Shown here piece by piece: positions 53,617-63,124 of a stretch of DNA of 64,000 nt. The notes below the pieces were generated by a model, which did not search any database, was not told the DNA's origin, and worked only from the letters and a program-made list of their open reading frames with translations. Position 1 is the first letter of the stretch. The number at the start of each line of letters is the position of its first letter. A program made the position numbers and the translations under genes. Source of the DNA: an uncultured virus (IMG/VR IMGVR_UViG_3300032401_000004) (lineage: Duplodnaviria > Heunggongvirae > Uroviricota > Caudoviricetes); IMG/VR virus record IMGVR_UViG_3300032401_000004. The stretch is one strand, 5' to 3'.

Positions 53617-55704
53617 ATGTCACTCGAAGCCGAAAACGTAACACCGCCGCAAAAACCACAGCGCCGCCGGGGCGGTGGAAACACCGCTGCACCCGCCAAT
53701 GCAGCTGTCGAGGCCCAGCTGGAAAATCTCGGGATGCCAACTCCCTCTGCTGCACCTCCCCCGGCGCACACCGCTGAGCCTGACGATCTCATGACGCTGG
53801 ATCAGGCCGCGCAGCAGCCTGCCGCTGCGCCGCGCGAACGTGAGTCTGCTCCTCAAGCGGCTGCCGCTGCTGAGGAACCCGCAGAAGATCCGCTCAACCC
53901 TTTTCGTCGTGACCCTCTGCCCCCTTTGAAGGAGACCAAAAACCAGCAGAAGGAAAACCGTGTCTCCGAAAAAGACGCGCTCAACAAGCCCACTCAGAGC
54001 CTCAAGCGCTTCGGCGAGCTGGGCAAGAAGCTCGGAGGTGCGGAGCATATTCAGGTCAGTAAACGCATGGACAACGGCGAGTTGGCCTACGTGGGGGAGT
54101 ACAACACCAGGGACATCTCGCAGTCCCAAAACATCCAGGCGTTCCTGAACCGCTACGTCAAGCCTGGCTACGGTCCCGGCGAGTACCAGATCCTGGGCGT
54201 GGACGCGCACGGTCGGGAGTTCGACGGCGGCTCTGTGACGCTGTTGGCTACCATCACGGGCTCGCCCGAGACTGTGCCGTCTGTGCTCGGAAAAGGTCCG
54301 ATGGACATTCTGCAGAGCGTGCTGGACCGTGAATCCCAGCGTCAAACCTCTGAGATCCGTGCGCTGGCACAAAACCAGAAAGATCCGATCCAGATGCTCC
54401 GCGACATGCACGAGCTGCATCAGCAGTTCTCGCCGCCGGTCGTCATGCCCAAGCTCCAAGAGAGCAATGGCGGCAACAGGGGTGGGGACGCGATGTCTGC
54501 GATGGTCACTGGCATGATGGGCATGATGGGCACGGTGCTCGCCGTGGTGCTTCAGCCCAAGCCTCAAGACCCCCTCATGCTCGCGGTCATCAACAAGCTC
54601 CTGGACGACAAGAGGCCTGCCCCCACTGTGGACCCCACGGCGCAGTTGCTCTCCCTCTCGGAGGTGATCAAAAACTTGCGCGGCGACAGCGGGGGTGGTG
54701 GCGGTAAAGACGACAGGTTGGTGGATGTGTTGCTCAAAGAACGCATGTCACCCGCCGAGGTCCTTGGCTTGGTGCAACAGGTCAAGGGGGAGCGCGGCAC
54801 CGACGACCTCAAGAAGTCGATGGAGAACGTCGGCATGTTGCTCAACGCGGTGCAACAGCTGCGTGCGCAAACCGAGCCTGGCACAAGCTCAGGCTTCTGG
54901 GAGGCTGTGACCACGGCGCTCGGCAATCCCAGCCTCGCGTCCGTGATCGGCTCCCGTGTGCGTGGCGTGGTGAACGGGGGCGGTGCTCCCGCCCCTCAAC
55001 AGCTGCCACCCCCACAGCAAGTACGTGCTCTGCCCCCAGGGCAAACCAACGATCCTCTGGTACTAAAGGCGCGTGAGCTTGCGGCCCGCAAGATGCGGCT
55101 CGAAGAGGCTGAGATCTCCAGGCGCGAAGAGGCCCTGGGCATCAAGCCTGTTATCACGCCACCCCCTGCGCAAGTTGCAACACCAGCGGCAGACGTAGTG
55201 CCCACTGTCTCGCCCCTTGTCGCGCCCCTTGTCGCGCCCGAGCTACCGACGGAGGTGGTTGCAGATGTGCCTCCTGTAGATCAGGTCACGTTGCCGCCCA
55301 ACGTCGCGGACCACGTCAACTCCTACCTCCAAGCGAAGGACGACGGAGACTTCATCGAGACGACCGTCGAGATGATCTTCGACATGGCCAACGACGAAAA
55401 ATGGAAGCCGTACTCCGAGGTGATCGTGGCGCTCATCCTGCAGAGCGACCGCGCCAGGTTCCTGCAGTACATGGCGTCGATGTTCGTCTCGCTGCGCACC
55501 ATCGGTCTCATCACCGACGAGCTGGGCGGCAAGATCATGGACGCCTTGCAGCGTAACTTCGATGTAGTCGTGTCAGTCGTGCGTGAGCATGTCGAGAGCC
55601 CGCAAGAGGGTGCCGAGACCGAGGGTGAAGAAGGCAACGAAGATGAAGATGGCGAAGGTAACAACGATGGTGAGGAGCCCGAAGATCTGTTGAAGCTCGA
55701 CTGA
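53617..55704 (+). CDS. Large Pro-rich, acidic-tailed protein of unknown function
   Basis: AGGAG RBS and a 695-aa ORF. Confidence 0.8.
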   Translation: MSLEAENVTPPQKPQRRRGGGNTAAPANAAVEAQLENLGMPTPSAAPPPAHTAEPDDLMTLDQAAQQPAAAPRERESAPQAAAAAEEPAEDPLNPFRRDPLPPLKETKNQQKENRVSEKDALNKPTQSLKRFGELGKKLGGAEHIQVSKRMDNGELAYVGEYNTRDISQSQNIQAFLNRYVKPGYGPGEYQILGVDAHGREFDGGSVTLLATITGSPETVPSVLGKGPMDILQSVLDRESQRQTSEIRALAQNQKDPIQMLRDMHELHQQFSPPVVMPKLQESNGGNRGGDAMSAMVTGMMGMMGTVLAVVLQPKPQDPLMLAVINKLLDDKRPAPTVDPTAQLLSLSEVIKNLRGDSGGGGGKDDRLVDVLLKERMSPAEVLGLVQQVKGERGTDDLKKSMENVGMLLNAVQQLRAQTEPGTSSGFWEAVTTALGNPSLASVIGSRVRGVVNGGGAPAPQQLPPPQQVRALPPGQTNDPLVLKARELAARKMRLEEAEISRREEALGIKPVITPPPAQVATPAADVVPTVSPLVAPLVAPELPTEVVADVPPVDQVTLPPNVADHVNSYLQAKDDGDFIETTVEMIFDMANDEKWKPYSEVIVALILQSDRARFLQYMASMFVSLRTIGLITDELGGKIMDALQRNFDVVVSVVREHVESPQEGAETEGEEGNEDEDGEGNNDGEEPEDLLKLD

Positions 55705-55710
55705 GTATTC

Positions 55711-56064
55711 ATGCACACAACGCGCCGCTTGCTTCAAGAAGGTGAGCGGCGCGTTGCATTCCATGCTCGAAAACTAGCATACTTCGGTGTGCCGAAGCTC
55801 ATCCCCAAGCCGGAACTGCACCGCGTTGTGTCTGAGGTGCGCGAGCAAACGCAGCTTGCGCTCGACGTTCTGGAGTCGGGCGTGTCTGTCGAGGCTGTGC
55901 GTGTAATCATCACCCGTGCTGTCGAGAGCGGCATCGAGATGCAGCGCGAGGCTCTGCTCGGCGAAGACACGGACACGCTGGACACGCCGCTGCGTCCACC
56001 GTCGAGTGACGTTCCGCCACCGATGTTCCCCCGGCCCTCTAAGCTGCCTCAGGGTGTCGAGTAG
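55711..56064 (+). CDS. Hypothetical protein
   Basis: In the operon. Confidence 0.55.
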   Translation: MHTTRRLLQEGERRVAFHARKLAYFGVPKLIPKPELHRVVSEVREQTQLALDVLESGVSVEAVRVIITRAVESGIEMQREALLGEDTDTLDTPLRPPSSDVPPPMFPRPSKLPQGVE

Positions 56065-56449
56065 CCTGATTACTCGCGAGGTTGCGCACGCCACGGGACC
56101 TTGGGCAAGCACGCCTCCACAAGCCCGAGCAGCTCATCGTCGAGCGCGTACTCAATATGTACGCCGTTCACGCTGCGGTGCAGCAGCTGCCCCAGGCGCA
56201 GGTGCGGGTTCGCGTTCCAGACGAGGAGCAGCCGTTCGAGCACCTTGCGGTGTTGCGCTTCGATCTCCTTGCCTGGGATGTGCGGGGCCATGCGTGCACT
56301 GTGCCTTTGGCTTTGCGCAAACGCAACCACCTCAAGCGGGCGGGGCCCCAGCACAAGTAAAAGAGCTTTACAAGGGACATAAAATCAGAAAAGCGGACAA
56401 TCGGGGGACACAACACGCGCATCGTGTCCCTTACCCTCATGGACATGTC

Positions 56450-57600
56450 CGTGACGACTTCGAGGTTCTACTTGCAACTACTCGACTTCGTTGACGTTCT
56501 AGGTTTGCGATCCGCTTTTTCTGATTTACTGCCGAACGGGCACGTCATCTGCGTTTGACCTCCGGGACTTCTTGCCGATCACCCCCTCCAACTGTCCGTT
56601 GACACGGAGGAATATCTCAGATTGACGTCGAGGTTCGACGTGTAACCACTCGACTTCGTTGCCGTTCTAGCTTTTCGGACTTCGCGGGCTGGACTCACGG
56701 CACCAAGGCGTGCTCGCGCCAGAACGCCTGGGCCTGCTCCAACGCTTCGCCCGTGAGCGAAGGATCCCCAGGTTCGCGCGGCGCGCACGGGCCGCCGTAT
56801 GCCGTGTAGAGCACGCACGGCGATGTGCCTGCTGGACCGCCGATGACGGTCACGGTGCGCGTGTAGAGCGGGGCCCAGGGGACGTGGCCGGGCTTGCGCA
56901 TCAGCTCGAAGCCCATGCGCATCAGGCGCGAGGGCCAGGCGCGGCCGTTGCGCGCCTGCAGGATGACCTCGTCATCCGGCACGGGCGCAGTGCCCGCCGC
57001 AGGGCCGCGCAGGGCACACGGCAGCTCTGGCAGCGTGGGAGGTAACTCCACGGTCTCAATGAAGAAAGCCTCGCGATCCCGGAAGCGATCAAGGAGCCAC
57101 CGGACGTGGTCGAGGGTCAAGGCGTGGTCGAGGTGAGAGGCGGCGGTGATGTGCATATCCAGAGGACGTCCACTCTCCACGGAATCTGACACCCGACCCC
57201 TCAGAAAATGAAAAAGCAGAGCTTCGGTCGATTTGTAGGTGTGCACGAGCGCAAACACCTAGTGTTTCACCGATATATTCAACAGTTACATATAGTTGCA
57301 CTCCAAACCTCGAAGCTGTTGAGCTTATGCGCCGAAACCTAGAAAGACAATGATGCCGTGCAGTTACACGCCGAACCTAGAAACGTCCAGGAGGTTATCC
57401 TACACCTCGAAAGTTTCGAGGTTTGATCTGCAACTATGCGTAACCGTTGCACGTTCAGTCTTAGAGGTCTACATACTGACCGCTCGGCCTAACAGCCACG
57501 TTGCGCTTTTTACACTGTTGTAGATTTTACTCAACGCATTCGTAAAGGGCTAGAAGTGCAACGACTTCAATGGCTTGCGCATCAAACCTCGAAACTACAT
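56450..57600. repeat. Dispersed (A)ACCT(C/A)GAA and ACTCGACTTCGTTG repeats in low-GC non-coding DNA
   Basis: Copies in both orientations at about 56459, 56479, 56627, 56648, 57305, 57335, 57373, 57404, 57415 and 57584. Confidence 0.65.
56695..57156 (-). CDS. Hypothetical phage protein
   Basis: GAGGA-like leader. LYTAYGGPCAPREPGDP. Confidence 0.65.
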   Translation of the reverse strand: MHITAASHLDHALTLDHVRWLLDRFRDREAFFIETVELPPTLPELPCALRGPAAGTAPVPDDEVILQARNGRAWPSRLMRMGFELMRKPGHVPWAPLYTRTVTVIGGPAGTSPCVLYTAYGGPCAPREPGDPSLTGEALEQAQAFWREHALVP

Positions 57601-57739
57601 CGAGCAAAAACCGCGTTCCAAATGTAGGATAGTTGGGATACGCCGCCGTGTTCGTATGTTGAGATCTCTCAACGACATCGCGCACCTGCGTCACATACCG
57701 AAGGACTCGGCTTTTACTCGTGCTGTAAGATTCCGCAAA

Positions 57740-58090
57740 AAGTGGGGGCAGGTGGGGGCAGCTTGGGGGCAGCTCAACCTGCCCCCGAATGTTCAATGAT
57801 TCCAAACATAGTGTCATGAGATACATCAATGATTCCGTGTTTGGGGGCAGAAAGGGCAGGTAAATCTCAAAAGTCCCTATGAAGTGAAAGCTACAATGTA
57901 GGTATATGTGAAGAAGGTGCGGTATTGACCCTAAAGCCAACTTGAGTACCTGCCCCCGCTGCCCCCATTATTTTACACCTCGCTAAACCCTCGGAACCAT
58001 TCAAGGTGTCAAACGCAGCACACAGCGAAACCATTGAACATTTTTGGGGGCAGGTGACCTGCCCCCTACCTGCCCCCAGCTGCCCCCTTA
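57740..58090. repeat. CTGCCCCC iteron cluster (putative replication origin)
   Basis: About 11 copies in direct and inverted orientation, separated by AT-rich stretches. Confidence 0.7.
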
Positions 58091-58195
58091 CACACTTGTT
58101 CAGCTATTGACCTTGTTCGAGGGTGTGCTGCACGCTTCGCCGTTTGGCTCCTTCCACCTTTGCGGTGCCGAGCTGACCAACCCAGGAGGCTGCGT

Positions 58196-58873
58196 ATGGC
58201 TCGCAAGACCGTTTGGCTGCTGGCAGGGGTTCTCTGGTGCTCGGCGTGGCTGTGCGCGCCCGTGGCGCAGGCTACGAGCACAAACACGGCCCATGCGGCG
58301 CTGCTCGACTTCGCGCTGTGGGTGGCCCGCGTGGCCGCCAACGAGGGCGCGTTCGTCAACCGGCCCGAGGCCGCCCTGGTCTGGCAGACGGCCCGTAGCA
58401 GCGCCAAGACCACCGAGAAGCGCGCAGCATGGCTCGCGAAGCACTCCCCCCGCGTACACGGCTCGCGCCCCTGCAAGGTCGGCAACTGCTGCTGGACCCC
58501 GAACCTCACGCGCAGTGACGCGATGCCCGACGGCATCGCGCTCGGCCGTCACCCTCTCGACGTCTGGAACATCCGCGTGGCCCCCATCTGGCGAGACACC
58601 CTGCGCTACGTGGATTGGATGGTCCTGGGCGACCGCACGAGTGAAGACCCCTGCCCCATCACACCAAAGACCTGGGGCTGCGAAGCGGATCGCAAAAGAG
58701 CTTTGCGCGAAGGTCTCTACCCCATCGGCTGCCGGGGCACGCTCGACGACGGCTTCACCTACGCGAAGCACTGCTGGCAGGGCAGCTCAGGCTGGGCGTG
58801 CGACAAACGCTTCGAGCCGTCGGTGCAGACAGACGGCCCAGGAGCGTTGTGGGCGAGCTACGCGAGGCGCTGA
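58196..58873 (+). CDS. Secreted Cys-rich protein
   Basis: AGGAGG RBS and signal peptide. ARVAANEG is weakly hydrolase-like. Confidence 0.65.
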   Translation: MARKTVWLLAGVLWCSAWLCAPVAQATSTNTAHAALLDFALWVARVAANEGAFVNRPEAALVWQTARSSAKTTEKRAAWLAKHSPRVHGSRPCKVGNCCWTPNLTRSDAMPDGIALGRHPLDVWNIRVAPIWRDTLRYVDWMVLGDRTSEDPCPITPKTWGCEADRKRALREGLYPIGCRGTLDDGFTYAKHCWQGSSGWACDKRFEPSVQTDGPGALWASYARR

Positions 58874-59485
58874 ATGCTCGTCTCACACGAAGCCAAAGTT
58901 GTTTTCTTTCACAACCACAAGACTGGTGGCATCAGCATCAAGCAGTGGCTCTTGCGACGCTGCCCCGACGCGACGTTTGTCGGGCACCACCATCTCACCG
59001 TGCGCGAAGCGTTGCAGCGCGGACGGCCTGAACTGTGGGATCACTTCTCGTTCGGGTTCGTGCGCAACCCTTGGGCTAGGCAACTGTCGTGGTGGCGTAT
59101 GATCCACGACAACCCCGACCTGAACGAGCACAAACCGTTCTGGCGCTATGTGCGTGAGCACGGGGACACCTTCGAGAAGTTCTTGATCAACTGCACCGCA
59201 GAGGTGCCCGACGACGGCACCACCAAGAGCGCGGTGCGTAACCAGATCGACTACTTCACCAACGAGCGCGGCTACCCTCTCGTGCGCTTCATCGGCCGCT
59301 TCGAGCAGTTGCAAGAAGACCTAGACCGCGTAGCGCACCTTGCGCATCTGCCCCCCGGCGCATTGGAGCCGCAAAACACGGCGAGCGTTCGCTGCGACTA
59401 CCGAGAGCACTACACGCCCAAGTTACGCCAGTTGGTAGCCGACAGGTTCGCCAGGGACATCGCTGCGTTCGGCTACACGTTCTGA
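58874..59485 (+). CDS. Sulfotransferase family 2 protein
   Basis: FHNHKTGGISI (5'-PSB), FVRNPWAR..SW (3'-PB), IGRFEQL and D...FGY.F. Confidence 0.88.
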   Translation: MLVSHEAKVVFFHNHKTGGISIKQWLLRRCPDATFVGHHHLTVREALQRGRPELWDHFSFGFVRNPWARQLSWWRMIHDNPDLNEHKPFWRYVREHGDTFEKFLINCTAEVPDDGTTKSAVRNQIDYFTNERGYPLVRFIGRFEQLQEDLDRVAHLAHLPPGALEPQNTASVRCDYREHYTPKLRQLVADRFARDIAAFGYTF

Positions 59486-59494
59486 AAGGCAAAC

Positions 59495-59522
59495 GCCCCG
59501 CCGAGCAAGCTCGACGGGGCGT
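59495..59522. terminator. Hairpin between convergent genes
   Basis: GCCCCGCCGAGC AA GCTCGACGGGGC. Confidence 0.6.
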
Positions 59523-59545
59523 CCCAACTGCCTACAGCGAGAGGC

Positions 59546-60319
59546 TCAGACCTCAGAAGGCTCGTCGTTGAGCATGAAGAGCGCCATGTACGTGACGGTC
59601 TTGCCGGGCGTGGTGATGGCTGCGCGCAGCGCCATCTTGACCGACTGCCCTGCGCCGAGCGCAGGGAGGGGGATCTGGTTGAAGTTGCCAGCCGTGACCG
59701 GCCAACCCTTGAGCACGAGCTGATCCGTCACACCGTCGTTGACGTAAACGTCCACGAGGTTCGCCGCCGTGTCGTAGTTGGCGACGAAGCCGGGGGCGTC
59801 ACCGCCCAGAAGGCCGCCTGCGCTCTTGCCGGGCGGCAGAGCCAGCACCGTCTGCAGCGTGGTGCTCAAGATCGCACGGACGCTCTGCACGCCGTACAGG
59901 TCGGCGTAACCGGCCTGGATGAACGCGCCACCGACGTAGCCGACGCCCGTTGTGCGGGTGATGAGCTGTTCACCAGGAGCGAGCGTGATGGGGTCGCTCG
60001 TCGGCGAGTCGCTGCCGATCTTGGTCTCGTTGCCGGGCACCGCCGTCGCTGCCGCAACTGCGATGTTCGTGACGCTGATCTCGTTGCCGAGCGCGTCCTT
60101 GATGAGCAGCTCGACGTCGATGCCCGCCAACGCCACGAGCGAGGTGTTGAACACCTCGCGAGCGCCGACGAAACGCACACCTTCGTCAGGTCCAGAAAAG
60201 AGCAACTGATCGCCGAGCACCAGCGGGAGCGTCTTGCCGGTCGCCGTGAGCGAGCGAGGGATGTACGTGGGGATGAGGCCGATGTTCGCACCGGCACGTT
60301 GTTGCAATGGGAGGTTCAT
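59546..60319 (-). CDS. Beta-rich virion protein, paralog of 28961-29746
   Basis: Shared N-terminal motif and similar length. Confidence 0.6.
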   Translation of the reverse strand: MNLPLQQRAGANIGLIPTYIPRSLTATGKTLPLVLGDQLLFSGPDEGVRFVGAREVFNTSLVALAGIDVELLIKDALGNEISVTNIAVAAATAVPGNETKIGSDSPTSDPITLAPGEQLITRTTGVGYVGGAFIQAGYADLYGVQSVRAILSTTLQTVLALPPGKSAGGLLGGDAPGFVANYDTAANLVDVYVNDGVTDQLVLKGWPVTAGNFNQIPLPALGAGQSVKMALRAAITTPGKTVTYMALFMLNDEPSEV

Positions 60320-60422
60320 GAATCAGATCCTTGTGTATGGGGTACAGGCCCGAAAGTGAGCAACTGGGCGAAAACCCAGAGAGCCGCAGAATAGCCCCCA
60401 CCCTAAACCCCTGCAACCCTCC

Positions 60423-62888
60423 TCAGTTCGGCTCGTTCTTCTGCTGGATGGCTCGCTGCAGCACGGCTTTGGGCGACGACTCTATGCGCTCCTTGGGATT
60501 TTTGATGCGCAGGCCCGCAAAGAACCGCTCGCCGTGCACCTTCTTGGGCGCAAACTGTTTTTCGAGCGCGGCGTAGAACCGCTTGCGCTCGTGGAACGTG
60601 CGGGTCTTGTACTCGGTGCAGTACTCCTCATATGCGGCCCAGACGGTGGACCGGGCCTCATAGGCCTCGGTGTCAAGCACACACCAGCGTTCCACAAAGT
60701 CGCGCAGAGGGTCTTGCTCGTGCCGGTACAACGTGTTGGCCACGATGATCTCGCGCGGCATCACCAGGCGCTCCTTGCGCCACATCCGCGCTTCTTTCGC
60801 CAGGCGCGCCCAGATGCCTGGGGCCTCTTGCAACAGCCTACGCGGCAGATCTCGGTCTGGCTTGTCCTTGAACGAGGCGTTGCACTCGATGACACACAGA
60901 CGACGCCAGATGCCCTCGTCGGTACCACGCACATGCGGCAAGTGGTTGATGGCGAGCCAGAGCGCGAACTCTGGCTTGTAGCTCCACTCGTCCTGGTAGA
61001 GCTTGCGGCCGGTGATGGTGTCGCTGCCGGTCAGCTCTTTGATTAGGCTCTCTGCGAAGCCTCGGCCTTCATCAACTTCCTGGCAGCCGACCAAGCGAAC
61101 GCTGGCCAAAGACATGCGCCAGGTCTCGTGCTTGCTACTGCCCTTGGTGGAAAGTAAGTTCTCACTGTTGGCTGCCATCGCGTAGCCGGTGGGCCCCTGG
61201 CCGAAGATCTCCAGGAGCAGGTTCAGGAACGTGCTCTTGCCGTTCGCGCCGTCGCCATGCAGCAGGAACATCTTCTGCTCGTCCGTCACGCCGCAAGCAG
61301 AGTAGCCCATCGCACGCCACAGAAACTGGATCATGCGTTCGTTGCCTTGCATGAAGTCTTTCATGAACATGTCGAAGCGTGGGCACTCAGCCTTGGGGTC
61401 GAAGTCGTACGGCACCATGCGCGTGATGAAATCTTCACGCTTGGCTGGGCCGAACTCACCCGTCGAGAGGTTCAGCGTGCCGTTCTTGAAGTTGACCAGC
61501 CACGGATTCTTGTTGAAGGCGCGGAAGTCGGTGATGATCTTTGGCTTGTGTGTCGCGATGCCCACCGCGTGCAGCTCGCGGGCTTGAGTCTCGCTCTTGA
61601 GTGCGAAGCTGTAGACGTCCTCAAGGCGCTTGCGCAGTTCTTCGTACTTGAACTCAGACTGCACTCTGACGGTGTCACTGGTGTTCGCGTCGCCGAGCGT
61701 CGAGTTGTACAGTTCCTTGGCGGCGAGGTACTCGGCTTCATGTGCCTTGGTCTCTTTAGGGATTGCCCTGATGACCTCGAACATGCGCTCGCGCACCACC
61801 TCGTTGCCCGCTTCTTGGTTCCAGAACTTGCCGTTCCAACCGAGCCACGTCTTCCACGACGGCTCCCAGCGGATGTCCGTGTGATAAGTGTCGATCAATC
61901 TTTCGGCAAGCCCAAACTCAGTGAGCGGCCGAGATGGTATTTCGTTGACGACCGGAGGATACCAAGGAGTGTCTGAGCCATCGTCGATGGCCTTCTCAAT
62001 CTGCTCTATCGCTTTCTCACGCCACACCGGCACCATGTCCGCGTCTTCGCCGACAGCTTTTCTGTAGCGACGCTCCAGTGCGAAGAGCACCGAGTTGCGC
62101 AAGCGCGACGCCGACATGATGTGCGGCACACCCCGCGCGATGCCGAACACGCGGTGCACCTTCAGGTCGTAGATGGGGCCAGGCACCGGCCTCTCTTCTA
62201 TCTCTTTGATCAAGTGGTCGAGCCGCGCGTTCCACAAGTCACGCAGGCCGTCGCCGATGGGCGCTCGCTCCTCTTCGGGCAAGACCTCGTCGTAGTTCTC
62301 AATGGTCGCTTCGCTGAAGCCCTCTGGCATTGCAAGCGAGAGAACGCCGTCTACGTCGAGCGCTGGACCGTCTTGTCCCTCATGCTTGAAGTGCGTGATG
62401 ACGCCGCCCGGCACGTAATACATGTGGCAGGGGTCAGAGCACTTCTTGTCTGCTGTGCCAAGCGCTTGGAAGTACGAGATCATCCTCGGAAAGAACTTTG
62501 CCCACTCCGTCACGTTCACAGGCCTGCTCAGCTTCACGAACGCGCGATGCTTGTGCTGACCGTCTGGGTTATGGCTGAAGCTGGTGTGGATGTAGTGGCC
62601 ATACTTTTTGACGATGTTGAGCGTTTGCGCTTGCTCTTCAGGGCTGCCGCTGTCGAGGTCGAGCACACCCATGTGCACGGCGATGACGTTGTGAGCAACG
62701 CGGCGCACGATGGGCCCTTGGATGAACTCCGCTGGGATGATCAGCGGCAGCTCATCCTTCTTTTCAGCGGGGATGAACGTCGTAGGGTCGAGGTTGCTCG
62801 CCACGAATGTAGCGAAGTCGGGCTCGACTTCTTGGTAGTCGATGAAGCCTGAATGAGCGACGAATCGGCAGCCAGCCCAGACGAGCAT
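60423..62888 (-). CDS. P4/D5-family primase-SF3 helicase
   Basis: N-terminal DLD...HTSFSH..KHR (primase), D5_N-like FKNGTLNL..G, Walker A GDGANGKST, KELTGSD and NHLP...DEGIWRR. Confidence 0.92.
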   Translation of the reverse strand: MLVWAGCRFVAHSGFIDYQEVEPDFATFVASNLDPTTFIPAEKKDELPLIIPAEFIQGPIVRRVAHNVIAVHMGVLDLDSGSPEEQAQTLNIVKKYGHYIHTSFSHNPDGQHKHRAFVKLSRPVNVTEWAKFFPRMISYFQALGTADKKCSDPCHMYYVPGGVITHFKHEGQDGPALDVDGVLSLAMPEGFSEATIENYDEVLPEEERAPIGDGLRDLWNARLDHLIKEIEERPVPGPIYDLKVHRVFGIARGVPHIMSASRLRNSVLFALERRYRKAVGEDADMVPVWREKAIEQIEKAIDDGSDTPWYPPVVNEIPSRPLTEFGLAERLIDTYHTDIRWEPSWKTWLGWNGKFWNQEAGNEVVRERMFEVIRAIPKETKAHEAEYLAAKELYNSTLGDANTSDTVRVQSEFKYEELRKRLEDVYSFALKSETQARELHAVGIATHKPKIITDFRAFNKNPWLVNFKNGTLNLSTGEFGPAKREDFITRMVPYDFDPKAECPRFDMFMKDFMQGNERMIQFLWRAMGYSACGVTDEQKMFLLHGDGANGKSTFLNLLLEIFGQGPTGYAMAANSENLLSTKGSSKHETWRMSLASVRLVGCQEVDEGRGFAESLIKELTGSDTITGRKLYQDEWSYKPEFALWLAINHLPHVRGTDEGIWRRLCVIECNASFKDKPDRDLPRRLLQEAPGIWARLAKEARMWRKERLVMPREIIVANTLYRHEQDPLRDFVERWCVLDTEAYEARSTVWAAYEEYCTEYKTRTFHERKRFYAALEKQFAPKKVHGERFFAGLRIKNPKERIESSPKAVLQRAIQQKNEPN

Positions 62889-63075
62889 GCAACGTACCCC
62901 CTACAAGGAAGAGCAGGAGTACGCCCGCTTGAAAAAAGCGTCAAGAAAGATCGCGTGTAGGTGCTGCTCTTGTGGAAGGTCGGGGCAGGGCGCTACCAGC
63001 TGTAGGGGGGACCTCAGTTACGGTGTCCCCGCCCCGACGTAGCCACGATAGCTTGAGAGATCGCCCACGGCAAGC

Positions 63076-63104
63076 TTGACTGTGCAACTACGCAAGTGCA
63101 TAGT
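63076..63104 (+). promoter_or_regulatory. Sigma-70-like promoter with TACGCAAGTG in the spacer
   Basis: TTGACT-N17-CATAGT. Confidence 0.5.
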
Positions 63105-63124
63105 CGCGCTCTTGTAGGGGCCCA

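Noticed and set aside
55207..55240. 12-nt tandem repeat (VSPLVAPLVAP)
   Set aside because: It is in-frame slippage in a low-complexity Pro-rich linker with no sign of function.
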